The notes below the pieces were generated by a model. That model made no database searches. It had not been told where the DNA came from and saw only the letters and a program-made list of their open reading frames with translations. From assembly GCA_964636125.1 (NCBI GenBank), contig CAZWPX010000004.1, forward strand, positions 7,241-71,240: a stretch of 64,000 nt of DNA, given 5' to 3'. Source of the stretch: an uncultured Desulfobacterales bacterium. GTDB lineage: Bacteria; Desulfobacterota; Desulfobacteria; Desulfobacterales; CAJINA01. A program made the position numbers and the translations under genes. Shown one piece after another: positions 20,583 to 29,988 of this stretch; the stretch's first letter is position 1; each line of letters starts with the position of its first letter.

Positions 20583-20963
20583 ATGGGAAACCGCATAATC
20601 ATTATCGCTTTGATCGGTCTGATTTCCGTGTCGCTGCTTACCACCGCGTTTTCCCAGGAAGAGATGGTGGTGGTGGACAATAGTGCGTTTGACGATGTCC
20701 GGCGGTCACCGGCCGCATTTGTACATGATGCGCATAACGAGAAGGCCGGGATTGAAGAGTGTTTTGAGTGCCACCATGTTTATGAAGATGGGAACCTGGT
20801 TGAAGATGAATCCTCAGAGGATCAGAGCTGCTCGGATTGTCATGAGCTTGAATCTTCAGGCAGCATGCCCGGCTTGATGAAGGCTTTTCATCAAAATTGC
20901 AAAGGGTGCCACCAGAGAGAAAAATCGGGTCCGGTGATGTGTGGCGAGTGTCATAAAAGATAA
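20583..20963 (+). CDS. tmcA: acidic tetraheme cytochrome c3 (type II) TmcA
   Basis: Signal peptide; four CxxCH motifs (CFECH, CSDCH, CKGCH, CGECH); strongly acidic. Confidence 0.92.
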   Translation: MGNRIIIIALIGLISVSLLTTAFSQEEMVVVDNSAFDDVRRSPAAFVHDAHNEKAGIEECFECHHVYEDGNLVEDESSEDQSCSDCHELESSGSMPGLMKAFHQNCKGCHQREKSGPVMCGECHKR

Positions 20964-20971
20964 GGGGGGCC

Positions 20972-21122
20972 AAGTTTGAAGTGATCTTGTAGAAAGTGAT
21001 AAAGTTAAGGAATCCTCCTGTTTATAGAAAACCAGGGGCGCGTAGCGACGCCATAACTTTAGGCGTCGCGAAGCAAGTGCCTTACGTGGTGCATTTTAGC
21101 TCACTTTAGTCACTTTCAACTT
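20972..21122. repeat. degenerate intergenic inverted repeat of short AAAGT/ACTTT units with nested 26-bp insert
   Basis: AAAGTGATAAAGTT on the left; ACTTTAGG..TTTTAGCTCACTTTAGTCACTTT on the right; insert at 21065-21090 is the reverse complement of 10785-10810. Confidence 0.5.
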
Positions 21123-21203
21123 GCTGGTGTAGGAACCAAGCCCCTTTCAGGGGCAATCCAAAGCCTGGTCATCTGGACCAGGATTCTTTACACGGGAGAC
21201 GTC

Positions 21204-21554
21204 ATGCCAAAAAAAATACTAATTATTGATGATGATCCGGTTATCGTGAAATATCTGCAGGCGGTTTTCAGTGATAACGGCTACGCGACTTGTACCGCAT
21301 CGAGCAGCATGGAAGGCCTTGAAACCGTCCGCAAAGAGAATCCGGACCTTATTACGCTTGATCTTGAGATGCCTGAAGAGTGGGGTGCGCGGTTTTACCG
21401 CCGACTACGAAAAGAAAAAGCCTTGAAGGATATTCCGGTAATTGTTATCAGCGGGATAGACGGGGATCATGCCGTAAAAGACGCGGTCACCTTTCTACGC
21501 AAACCGTTTGATCCTGAAAAGCTGATTGGTATCGTAAAAAACACCATCGGATAG
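21204..21554 (+). CDS. single-domain response regulator (DivK/DVU0259-like)
   Basis: ILIIDDD, ITLDLEMPEEWG, IPVIVISG, LRKPFD. Confidence 0.9.
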   Translation: MPKKILIIDDDPVIVKYLQAVFSDNGYATCTASSSMEGLETVRKENPDLITLDLEMPEEWGARFYRRLRKEKALKDIPVIVISGIDGDHAVKDAVTFLRKPFDPEKLIGIVKNTIG

Positions 21555-21612
21555 GTGCGTTCAGTAACAACGTCGTCGTTATCAAATGGGGCCATAAGCC
21601 ATATCAAAACAG

Positions 21613-21648
21613 ATGCCGGTGATTCTACAAGTGAATCACCGGCATTTT
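21613..21648. terminator. intrinsic terminator between convergent genes
   Basis: ATGCCGGTGATTC-tacaagt-GAATCACCGGCAT followed by TTT. Confidence 0.75.
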
Positions 21649-21676
21649 CTATTGATGAGCCGTTACCGGCTTTGGT

Positions 21677-23584
21677 TTACTCCTTCCTGGCACCCGCATA
21701 GCCGATACCTTCCAGGGCTTCTTCCATCTCACCCAGAATTGAATGATCGTCTATTGTGGCCGGTACCTTGTATTCCTTGTTGTCGGCAATACTCTGGATG
21801 GTACCGCGCAGGATCTTGCCGGACCTGGTTTTCGGAAGTCGTTTGACAACCGTGGCGGTCTTGAATGCGGCCACCGGTCCGATCCGGTTCCTGACACTCT
21901 GGATGACCTCTTTCACGATCTCGGCATTGTCACGATCGACCCCGGCGTTGAGGACTACGAATCCCACGGGGACCTGCCCCTTGAGCTTGTCGTCGACACC
22001 GAGGACCGCACATTCGGCCACATCCGGATGGTCGGCCAGAACCTCTTCCATGGCCCCGGTGGAGAGCCTGTGGCCGGCGACGTTGATGATGTCATCGGTA
22101 CGGGACATAACAAAAACGTAGCCGTCCGCATCGATAAAACCGGCATCCGCTGTCTTGTAGTAGCCCGGGAATTCATCCAGATAGGATTCCAGGAAGCGGG
22201 CATCGTTCTGCCACAGGGTCGGCAGGGTTCCGGGAGGCAGCGGGAGCTTGACCACGAGGGCCCCGATTTCACCCGGGGCAACCTGTTTGTTGTCGGCGTC
22301 AACCACCTGGACATTCCAGCCGGGCGCCGCTTTGGTCGGGGTGCCTTCCTTGACTTCAAACTGATGGATGCCCATGCAGTTCGCGCAGATGGCCCAGCCG
22401 GTCTCCGTCTGCCACCAGTGGTCAATCACCGGGATGCCCAGGCTGTTTTCGGCCCAGTGGAGGGTGTCCGGATCCAGGCGCTCGCCGGCCAGGAACAGGG
22501 TCTTGAAATCAGAAAGGTCATATTTTTTCAACAACTCGGCTTTGGGGTCTTCGCGCTTAATGGCGCGGAAGGCGGTGGGAGCAGTGAACATGGTCTTGAC
22601 CTTGTGGTCGGCAATCACGCGCCAGAAGACGCCGGCATCCGGGGTGCCCACCGGTTTGCCTTCAAAAAGAATCGTGGTGCAGCCTTTGAGCAGCGGTCCG
22701 TAGACAATATAGGAGTGCCCGACTACCCAGCCAACATCCGAGGCGGCCCAGTAAACGTCGCCGGCATCTACATTGTAGATGTTTTTCATGGTCCATTTGA
22801 GTGCAACCACATGGCCACCGTTATCACGGACCACACCCTTGGGCTGTCCGGTGGTGCCGGAGGTGTAAAGGATGTACAGCGGATCGGTTGCCGCCAAAGG
22901 CACACAGTCCGCCGGGGCGGCTGCGGACACTTCTGTTTCCCAGTCAAGGTCCCGGCCGTCAATCATCTCGGCTTTTTCCATGGGGCGCTGAATGATGAGG
23001 CATTTTTCGGGTTTGGAATCGGAGAGATTAATGGCTTCATCCAGCAGGGGTTTATAGGCAATCACCTTGGCAACTTCAATACCGCAGGAGGCAGACATGA
23101 TGACCTTGGGTTTGGCATCATTGATGCGGGTTGCCAGCTCGGCAGCGGCAAATCCGCCGAACACAACCGAATGGACGGCACCAATCCTGGCACAGGCCAG
23201 CATCGCCATGGCAGCCTCTGCGATCATGGGCATGTAGATCAACACGCGATCGCCTTTGGTTACGCCCTGACTGACCAGGACGCCGGCGACTTTAGCAACT
23301 TCGTCCCGCAGTTCATTATACGTATATTTTGTGATGGTATCGGTCACCGGGCTGTCGTAGATCAGGGCATCCTGGTCTCCCCGGCCGTTATCAATGTGAA
23401 AGTCCAGGGCATTGTAACAGGTATTGATTTCACCACCGGTGAACCAGCGGTAAAACGGTTTGTTGGAATCATCAAGAACCTTGTCCCATTTTTTGTACCA
23501 GTGGCAGTCTTCAGCGGCGGCAGCCCAGAATTCATTGGGGTTGTTGATAGACTGTGCATGGGCCTCATCATACGGGTTGGTCAT
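21677..23584 (-). CDS. prpE: propionyl-CoA synthetase (acetate/propionate-CoA ligase)
   Basis: YILYTSGTTGQPKG, DHWWQTETG, NVAGHRLSTGAMEE, LPKTRSGKILR. Confidence 0.9.
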   Translation of the reverse strand: MTNPYDEAHAQSINNPNEFWAAAAEDCHWYKKWDKVLDDSNKPFYRWFTGGEINTCYNALDFHIDNGRGDQDALIYDSPVTDTITKYTYNELRDEVAKVAGVLVSQGVTKGDRVLIYMPMIAEAAMAMLACARIGAVHSVVFGGFAAAELATRINDAKPKVIMSASCGIEVAKVIAYKPLLDEAINLSDSKPEKCLIIQRPMEKAEMIDGRDLDWETEVSAAAPADCVPLAATDPLYILYTSGTTGQPKGVVRDNGGHVVALKWTMKNIYNVDAGDVYWAASDVGWVVGHSYIVYGPLLKGCTTILFEGKPVGTPDAGVFWRVIADHKVKTMFTAPTAFRAIKREDPKAELLKKYDLSDFKTLFLAGERLDPDTLHWAENSLGIPVIDHWWQTETGWAICANCMGIHQFEVKEGTPTKAAPGWNVQVVDADNKQVAPGEIGALVVKLPLPPGTLPTLWQNDARFLESYLDEFPGYYKTADAGFIDADGYVFVMSRTDDIINVAGHRLSTGAMEEVLADHPDVAECAVLGVDDKLKGQVPVGFVVLNAGVDRDNAEIVKEVIQSVRNRIGPVAAFKTATVVKRLPKTRSGKILRGTIQSIADNKEYKVPATIDDHSILGEMEEALEGIGYAGARKE

Positions 23585-23810
23585 GGTATATCCTCCCTAT
23601 GGTTGAAATTTTTGTCCATGGCGGACAACATAAATTCAGGCACCTGATCGCGGTTAGGTTTCCGGAAAACCGGGCGCATTTGGGCCGGATTGGATCGGGT
23701 TTTCGAAAATTCAGAAAATTTTACCTTAAGGAATTGACCACATGGGTGTCAAGACAAAAGTGAATGGCATACAGTATGTGAATGCTGTGTAATGTTTGGG
23801 GGGAGACCAT

Positions 23811-24554
23811 TTATCGCAGGAGGCACTCTGTGACCAGAGGGGCGACTTTTTTGTGCATCTTTTCCAGGTCGAGCATGTCCGGTTGAACCCGATGGCGCTT
23901 GAAAAAATCAGGGTTCAGCACCCTGGACGGATTAAACATCTGCAGGACGTATTTTCGGGCGCCCTGGATACTGTTTGCAATATCGACGATGGTGTCGGGA
24001 CCGGCGAGGGGCTGCATGCAGGTGGTCCTGAATTCGTAGGCCAGGCCGGAGGACATGATCAGCCGGATACTGGCTTTGATTTGTGTGCTGACATCCCGGG
24101 CCGTGATCACCGGGTTGTACCGGGAGAGGGGCGCTTTCACATCCATGGCCACATAATCCACACAACCGGTGCTGATGAGCCGGGACAGGACTTCTGGCCG
24201 GCTGCCGTTGGTGTCGAGCTTGATCGGGTAGCCCAGCTGTTTGATACGGCTGCAAATTTCACCAATGGCGTTGTGCAAAGTGGGTTCACCGCCGGATAGG
24301 ACCACACCTTCGAGCAGTCCCCGACGGCTTTCAAGAAAGGTATATACCGTTTCAAACGGGATCCGGTCAGCGCGCGGGGGTGTGCCCCGGGCCAGGTTCG
24401 GGTTGTGGCAGTAGGGGCATGCAAAATTACACCCGGTCAGGAAAAGGACACAGCTGACTTTCCCGGGGTAGTCAATGAGGGAGTTTTTCTGGATACCGCC
24501 AAAAAACGGCTCGCCGGTGTCTAAAGGGACTGAAAAGTTGAGATCACTGCTCAT
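23811..24554 (-). CDS. nrdG: anaerobic ribonucleotide reductase activating enzyme (radical SAM)
   Basis: SLIDYPG, CNFACPYCHN, SGGEPT, KLDTNGS; overlaps the end of nrdD. Confidence 0.92.
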   Translation of the reverse strand: MSSDLNFSVPLDTGEPFFGGIQKNSLIDYPGKVSCVLFLTGCNFACPYCHNPNLARGTPPRADRIPFETVYTFLESRRGLLEGVVLSGGEPTLHNAIGEICSRIKQLGYPIKLDTNGSRPEVLSRLISTGCVDYVAMDVKAPLSRYNPVITARDVSTQIKASIRLIMSSGLAYEFRTTCMQPLAGPDTIVDIANSIQGARKYVLQMFNPSRVLNPDFFKRHRVQPDMLDLEKMHKKVAPLVTECLLR

Positions 24555-26691
24555 TCGCGCTGATCTTTAAAGGTTCGTCGCGGTCATCCCGGGCTGTATC
24601 TGCAGCATTGGCGTACGTTTTGCGCAGGCTGTATTCGGCCTGTTTGCCGTTGTTCCATTGTTTGACCGGGCGCAGGTACCCGACCACGCGTGAATAGACC
24701 TCCGTTTCCTGGCTGCAGTTCCCGCACGTGTGGTGCTCTCCGGCCAGGTACCCGTGGGTCGGGCAGACACTGAATGTGGGCGTGATGGTAAAATAGGGCA
24801 GTCGGTAGTTGGTGGCGACCTTCTTGATCAGCGATTTCAGCACCGTGGTGTCACTTACTTTTTCGCCCAGGAATATGTGTAAAACAGTACCGCCGGTATA
24901 CTTGGTCTGCAGTTCATCCTGCAGGGCCAGGGTCTCAAAGATGTCATCGGTGTAATTCACGGGCAGCTGGGTCGAGTTGGTATAATAGGGGGCCGCCCCT
25001 TTCTGGTAGTTGTTTTCGTTGGCACACCTGATATCCGGATACTGGTTTTTATCCAGCATGCACAACCGGTAGGAGGTTCCTTCGGCCGGGGTCGCTTCCA
25101 GGTTGAAGATGTCTCCGGTGGTGTCCTGGACCTCGGCCATAATATCCCGAATAAAGTCCATGGTTTCGGCTGCAAAGGCCTGGCCGTGCGGGCTGGCGAT
25201 ATCCTGCCCCAGGAAGTTGAGGCAGGCTTCATTCATGCCGATGATCCCGATCGTCGAGAAATGATTCTTCCAGTATAGCCCCCCGTTTTTCTTGATGTCC
25301 CGCAGGTAGAATTTTGAGTAGGGGTAGAGGTTCTTTTCTGTGAATTTTTCCAGGATTTTTCTTTTGATAGTCAGACTCTCCACCGCCAGGCGGATCTGTT
25401 TCTCAAGCCGCGCCAGAAATGCCGCCCGGTCATTTGCCAGGTAGCCGATGCGGGGCAGATTAAGGGTGACAACCCCGATGGACCCGGTCAGCGGGTTGGC
25501 TCCGAAAAGTCCGCCACCGCGTTTGAGCAGCTCACGGTTGTCCAGCCGCAGGCGGCAGCACATGGAGCGGGCGTCATCCGGGGACATGTCTGAATTTACA
25601 AAGTTTGAAAAGTAGGGGATGCCGTATTTTCCGGTCATTTTCCACAGGGGCTCTAACTCGGGGTTGTCCCAGTCGAAGTCCGGCGTGATGTTGTAAGTCG
25701 GAATCGGAAAGGTAAAAACCCGGCCTTTGGCGTCGCCGTCCATCATCACCTCGGCAAAAGCCTGGTTGATCATGTTCATCTCTTTCTGGAATTCGGCATA
25801 GGTTGCGTCAAGGCCCTGGCCACCTACGATCACAGGGGAATGTTTCAGGGTCTGGGGCACGTACAGATCCATGGTGATATTGGTGAACGGGGTTTGAAAA
25901 CCGACGCGGGTAGGGATGTTGATGTTGAAAACAAATTCCTGCAGCGCCTGTTTGACCTCCTGCTGGTCCAGGTTGTCATAGCGGACGAAAGGTGCCAGGA
26001 GTGTGTCGAAGTTGGAGACGGCCTGGGCACCGGCCGCTTCCCCCTGAAGGGTATAAAAGAAGTTGACGATCTGGCCCAGGGCGGACCGCAGGTGTTTGGG
26101 TGGGGCGCTTTCGACTTTGCCTTCCACGCCTTTGAAGCCATTGCACAGTAAATCCTGCAGGTCCCAGCCCACGCAGTAGACCGAGAGCAGGCTTAAATCG
26201 TGAATGTGCAGGTCGCCGTCTTTATGCGCCTGGCGAATCTCCGGGGGATAGATGCTGTTGAGCCAGTATTCTGAGGTGACATCCGAGGAGATATAATTGT
26301 TCAGGCCCTGGAGCGAGTAGCACATATTGCTGTTTTCTTTTATTTTCCAGTCCAGTTTCTGGATATAATGGTCCACGAGATCTACATTTGCCCGGGTAAC
26401 CATCTGTCTGATTCGGGCGTGCTGGTCCCGGTATAAAATGTAGGCTTTGGCGGCTTCGTGGTAGGGTGAATCGAGTAAAACTCTTTCAACAATATCCTGG
26501 ATCTCTTCGACTTCAGGTACAGGCCCCAGGCGCAGTTCGTGTGCGAGCGTCAATACGCGCAGGGTGAGCTTGCGGGCTTCGCGCTCCTCATAAGCTTCGG
26601 TGGCTTTGCCTGCTTCTGCGATTGCAACGGTAATTTTTGAGGATTCAAATTCAACCGTTCTACCGTTTCGTTTTTTAATTTGCTCGAACAA
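24544..26691 (-). CDS. nrdD: class III anaerobic ribonucleoside-triphosphate reductase
   Basis: N-terminal ATP cone (IKKRNG); SMCCRL; zinc-site CPTH/CGNC; glycyl-radical motif YSRVVGYLRPV; TTG start. Confidence 0.95.
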   Translation of the reverse strand: MFEQIKKRNGRTVEFESSKITVAIAEAGKATEAYEEREARKLTLRVLTLAHELRLGPVPEVEEIQDIVERVLLDSPYHEAAKAYILYRDQHARIRQMVTRANVDLVDHYIQKLDWKIKENSNMCYSLQGLNNYISSDVTSEYWLNSIYPPEIRQAHKDGDLHIHDLSLLSVYCVGWDLQDLLCNGFKGVEGKVESAPPKHLRSALGQIVNFFYTLQGEAAGAQAVSNFDTLLAPFVRYDNLDQQEVKQALQEFVFNINIPTRVGFQTPFTNITMDLYVPQTLKHSPVIVGGQGLDATYAEFQKEMNMINQAFAEVMMDGDAKGRVFTFPIPTYNITPDFDWDNPELEPLWKMTGKYGIPYFSNFVNSDMSPDDARSMCCRLRLDNRELLKRGGGLFGANPLTGSIGVVTLNLPRIGYLANDRAAFLARLEKQIRLAVESLTIKRKILEKFTEKNLYPYSKFYLRDIKKNGGLYWKNHFSTIGIIGMNEACLNFLGQDIASPHGQAFAAETMDFIRDIMAEVQDTTGDIFNLEATPAEGTSYRLCMLDKNQYPDIRCANENNYQKGAAPYYTNSTQLPVNYTDDIFETLALQDELQTKYTGGTVLHIFLGEKVSDTTVLKSLIKKVATNYRLPYFTITPTFSVCPTHGYLAGEHHTCGNCSQETEVYSRVVGYLRPVKQWNNGKQAEYSLRKTYANAADTARDDRDEPLKISANEQ

Positions 26692-26846
26692 GGGGTCACC
26701 TCTGTCAATTTACGTTGATGTTTCAACGGGCTGTTTACTTATGAGTTAATTACTGGTAGTGCAGGCCAGAAGCGATCTTGAGTCAGAATTCTGTTTCGAG
26801 ATGGCTTCATACGAAGTATCGCAACTTGCAGGTGCGAACATTTTTA

Positions 26847-26893
26847 TTACAACATGTTGTTGTGTGTCAACAGGAAAAGTCAACATGTTGTGG
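26847..26893. promoter_or_regulatory. tandem NrdR boxes
   Basis: TTACAACATGTTGTTG (26847-26862) and AGTCAACATGTTGTGG (26878-26893), 31 bp apart, upstream of nrdD. Confidence 0.85.
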
Positions 26894-26928
26894 CTTGTAG
26901 GGTTTCGGCGGATGTTTGCGGGAGGTAT

Positions 26929-27198
26929 ATGCGACTGGAATCAAAACCGGTATATCGAAGGGTCATCTCACCCTGGTATGATTCCGAAACGGTCTGTTTC
27001 GGTGTCATTATATTGATGCTGATAGTCCTTGTTTTTGCCATCACGGGGATCTCCGTGGCCGGAAGTCATCCGGTCTGGGGTACCCATATGTGGGTTCCGG
27101 GATTGCTCGCCGGCCTGAGCACCTGGGTCCTGATTACGACTTCCCTGCGGCTGGTCCGGCGGTTGCTGGACAGGCATTCGGATGAATCCAGCCTTTAG
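26929..27198 (+). CDS. small two-TM membrane protein
   Basis: GGAGG SD before ATG 26929; MRLESKPVYRRVISPWYDS followed by two hydrophobic helices. Confidence 0.7.
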   Translation: MRLESKPVYRRVISPWYDSETVCFGVIILMLIVLVFAITGISVAGSHPVWGTHMWVPGLLAGLSTWVLITTSLRLVRRLLDRHSDESSL

Positions 27199-27355
27199 GG
27201 CCGCGGGAAAAAAATAATTACACATCTTGCTTGTCTTTTGGTCCGTCTGCTGCGTTACATCCACCGGTACATATCCTGATATGCACCGGTGGATCTGCCT
27301 TGCTGACGAACCAAAATCCGGCGCAATCTTGCGCAATTATTTTTTTCCGAGGCCC
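27198..27355. mobile_element. 158-bp ERIC-like MITE, copy A
   Basis: Terminal inverted repeats GGGCCGCGGGAAAAAAATAATT / AATTATTTTTTTCCGAGGCCC; TTA on both flanks; near-identical inverted copy at 55109-55265. Confidence 0.85.
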
Positions 27356-27406
27356 TTAGTTCCTAACTCGTGTCCATTGAGAGAGCCAATTATAAATAAG
27401 ACCTGC

Positions 27407-27817
27407 CTACTGCGGGAGGAAAGAGAGAATTTTCAGAAACATGTCGGGGGGAATGTAACCGGACCGGTTTCCAAAAGGCTTGCCGTCCGGTTGTATGAAC
27501 CAGGTGGTCGGCAGGTAGTAGACCTTGTACATGGCGGCGATCTGCCGTTCTGAGTCCACGTTCACTTTGACGGGGATGTACTGGTTGTTAAGGGCTGTGA
27601 CCACCCGGGTGTCTTTCCAGGTGCTTTTTTTCATCTCTGCGCAGGCCGGGCAGGTGTCGGAATAAAAATAGATCACCAGGGGTTTGCCTGCCTGTTTACT
27701 ACGGGCCAGGCCGTCATTGAATTTCAGCCACCGAATGGTTTCCGGCGGATTGGTCCCGGAGGCTGCGGCCGCCCAGAAAAGGGCGATCAGGAGAATGGAC
27801 AGGCCGATCTTTTGCAT
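27407..27817 (-). CDS. exported thioredoxin-fold protein (SoxW/DsbD-gamma-like)
   Basis: Signal peptide; CPAC; cis-Pro motif YLPTTWF. Confidence 0.85.
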   Translation of the reverse strand: MQKIGLSILLIALFWAAAASGTNPPETIRWLKFNDGLARSKQAGKPLVIYFYSDTCPACAEMKKSTWKDTRVVTALNNQYIPVKVNVDSERQIAAMYKVYYLPTTWFIQPDGKPFGNRSGYIPPDMFLKILSFLPQ

Positions 27818-27824
27818 TTGAAGT

Positions 27825-28529
27825 TTACCCCGCTGTCATCAGGAGACTTAATTTGTTGGTCAGTAAAAGGATACCCATGGCCATGAGCAGTATGCCGGCG
27901 GCTATGTTGACGACCCTGACTGCTTTTCTGGCCTTTTGCAGGAACTTTAGTAGATAATTGATAAAAAAGGAAAGGGCTAAAAAAGGGATGGCCAGGCCCG
28001 TGGAATATACAGCCAGCAGGGCGGCCCCCTGCCAGAGGGTCTCGCGGCTGCCGGCAAGAATCAGGATTGATCCGAGCTGTGGTCCCATGCACGGACTCCA
28101 CCCGGCGGCAAAAGCCATGCCGATGAGGAAAGCACCCAGGACGTGCAGGGGCTTTTTCTGCAGGTGTATGCGGCCTTCGTAATTCAATATGGAAAAGCTG
28201 TAGAGGCCGCTGGTGTGGATACCGAAAAGCAGGATCAGGATGCCGCCGGTAATCCGAATGATGTCTCTGTAGTTGTGGGCCAGGCTGCCGATCAGGGAGG
28301 CCGAGGTGCCCAGGGCAATAAACACGGTTGAGAACCCGAGTACGAAGGCCGCCGTGGAAAAGACGACCTTGCGACGGACTGCCAGGCTGCTGCGGGCCGT
28401 AAGTTCTTCCGTTGAATAGCCGGTTATAAAACTGAAGTAGGCCGGCAGCAGCGGCAGGATGCACGGAGAAAAAAAGGAGAGCAGGCCGAAAAGAAAGGCC
28501 GCTGGATAGGGAACATTTTCAACCAGCAT
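27825..28529 (-). CDS. ccdA: cytochrome c biogenesis protein CcdA
   Basis: GLLSFFSPCILPL and GWSPCMGP; about 6 TM helices. Confidence 0.92.
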   Translation of the reverse strand: MLVENVPYPAAFLFGLLSFFSPCILPLLPAYFSFITGYSTEELTARSSLAVRRKVVFSTAAFVLGFSTVFIALGTSASLIGSLAHNYRDIIRITGGILILLFGIHTSGLYSFSILNYEGRIHLQKKPLHVLGAFLIGMAFAAGWSPCMGPQLGSILILAGSRETLWQGAALLAVYSTGLAIPFLALSFFINYLLKFLQKARKAVRVVNIAAGILLMAMGILLLTNKLSLLMTAG

Positions 28530-29004
28530 TTCTCAATACCCCGTTTGGTGGCAGTTTTTGGTTCTGGGCCGGCCGGCCCGCTTCAATCCAGAACAGCCAG
28601 AGGCCGGCGGCCAGCAGACCGAAGTTGCGTACAAAGGAGATGGCCGCATTCCGGCCGGCATCCGGAGACATCGAAAAACATCCGCAATTGACATCCAGCC
28701 CTCGAAAATAGTTTAAACCGGCGGCCAGCAAAAAGACAATCAGGAGCAGATCGACGGTGAGCACCGCGCCGGGGACCAGGCGGCCGCACAGCAGCAGCAG
28801 GCCGCACAGGCATTCGACCCAGGGCAGTATCAAGGCAACTGCATTCACGGCTCCCCGGGGAAGTATGTCATAGTTGTCTACAATTACGGCAAAATCTGCT
28901 GGGTTCAGCAGTTTGTCCCAACTGGCCCATATGAAAATCAGGCCCAGTCCGGTTCGCACCAGCAGGTAACAGGTTTTTTGGATTGATACAAGGGTCGGTT
29001 TCAC
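28519..29004 (-). CDS. MauE/DoxX-family membrane protein
   Basis: FIWASWDK, LPWVE, GLDVNCGCF. Confidence 0.85.
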   Translation of the reverse strand: MKPTLVSIQKTCYLLVRTGLGLIFIWASWDKLLNPADFAVIVDNYDILPRGAVNAVALILPWVECLCGLLLLCGRLVPGAVLTVDLLLIVFLLAAGLNYFRGLDVNCGCFSMSPDAGRNAAISFVRNFGLLAAGLWLFWIEAGRPAQNQKLPPNGVLRNAG

Positions 29005-29009
29005 TGGGA

Positions 29010-29858
29010 TTACTTCCCGTTTTCACCAAAATGTTTAATCATCAGGTCACCCAGTTCCTTGGACCGCAGGGTGGCGGCTTCCACAGCATTTATCATGGTC
29101 GTGCGCAGGCCGCCCTTTTCAAGGGTATGCAGGCCGGCGATGGCTGTCCCGCCCGGTGAGGTAACCGAATCCTTGAGCGGCCCGGGATGCTCTCCGGTTT
29201 CCAGAAGCAGTTTAGCGGCACCATAGATGGTCTGGGAAGCCAGCAGCAATGCATCCTGCCGGGCCAATCCCACCTTGACACCGGCATCTGCAAGGGCGTC
29301 CACAATCATGAAGATATAGGCGGGTCCGCTGCCGCTTAAACCGGTAATCGCATCCATCAGGTTGTTTTCTTTTAAGAAGATACATTTTCCGACAGAGTTG
29401 AAAATGGCCATGGCCAGATCAATATCCTCTTTTTTGGTGTGCTCCCCGGCGGCAATGGCTGCGGCGCCCTCGCGAACCGCCACGGCCACATTAGGCATTA
29501 CGCGAATGAGGCGCAGGTCCTTGTTCAGGCAGGCTTCGATGGCGGCCAGGGGAACACCGGCGGCAATGGAGATGACAATTTTTGATAGATCGAGGCACTC
29601 TTTGATTTCCTGCAGGACCGGCACCATGATCTGGGGCTTGATGGCCAGAATGACAATGTCCGTCTGGGTGGCGACTTCTGTGTTGCTGGTGGAGACCTGT
29701 ACACCGAATTTCGTGTTGATTTCCTGCAGCGTGTCCTCGCGGACATCGGAACAGTAGATGTTCTCTGGTTTGGAAGCGCCCGAGTTGATCAGGCCACTGA
29801 TCATCGCTTCGCCCATGTTGCCGGAGCCGATAAAACCGATTTTCTTGTCATTTAGCAT
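29010..29858 (-). CDS. proC: pyrroline-5-carboxylate reductase
   Basis: GFIGSGNMG, AIKPQ, RVMPN, GLSGSGPAY, VTSPGGTAI. Confidence 0.96.
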   Translation of the reverse strand: MLNDKKIGFIGSGNMGEAMISGLINSGASKPENIYCSDVREDTLQEINTKFGVQVSTSNTEVATQTDIVILAIKPQIMVPVLQEIKECLDLSKIVISIAAGVPLAAIEACLNKDLRLIRVMPNVAVAVREGAAAIAAGEHTKKEDIDLAMAIFNSVGKCIFLKENNLMDAITGLSGSGPAYIFMIVDALADAGVKVGLARQDALLLASQTIYGAAKLLLETGEHPGPLKDSVTSPGGTAIAGLHTLEKGGLRTTMINAVEAATLRSKELGDLMIKHFGENGK

Positions 29859-29988
29859 TAAAGTGCCTCCCCGCATCCTGCAAATTATATGATTCTATTT
29901 ATCCTGCTAATAATTCCAAACAGTTAAATTAAGAACCCCATGCAATTTAGTCAAGGAAATAATGCTGCCCTCCGTGTAAAAAACGGTC

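Noticed and set aside
21743-23647. 634-aa + strand ORF
   Set aside because: Antisense shadow of prpE; no motifs; expected from high-GC codon bias.
23734-23752. TTGAC-N9-GTCAA palindrome upstream of prpE
   Set aside because: Short, and explained by a -35 box; cannot be assigned to a regulator.
24544-26691. Intein or intron in nrdD
   Set aside because: Normal length and continuous motifs; no splicing signatures.
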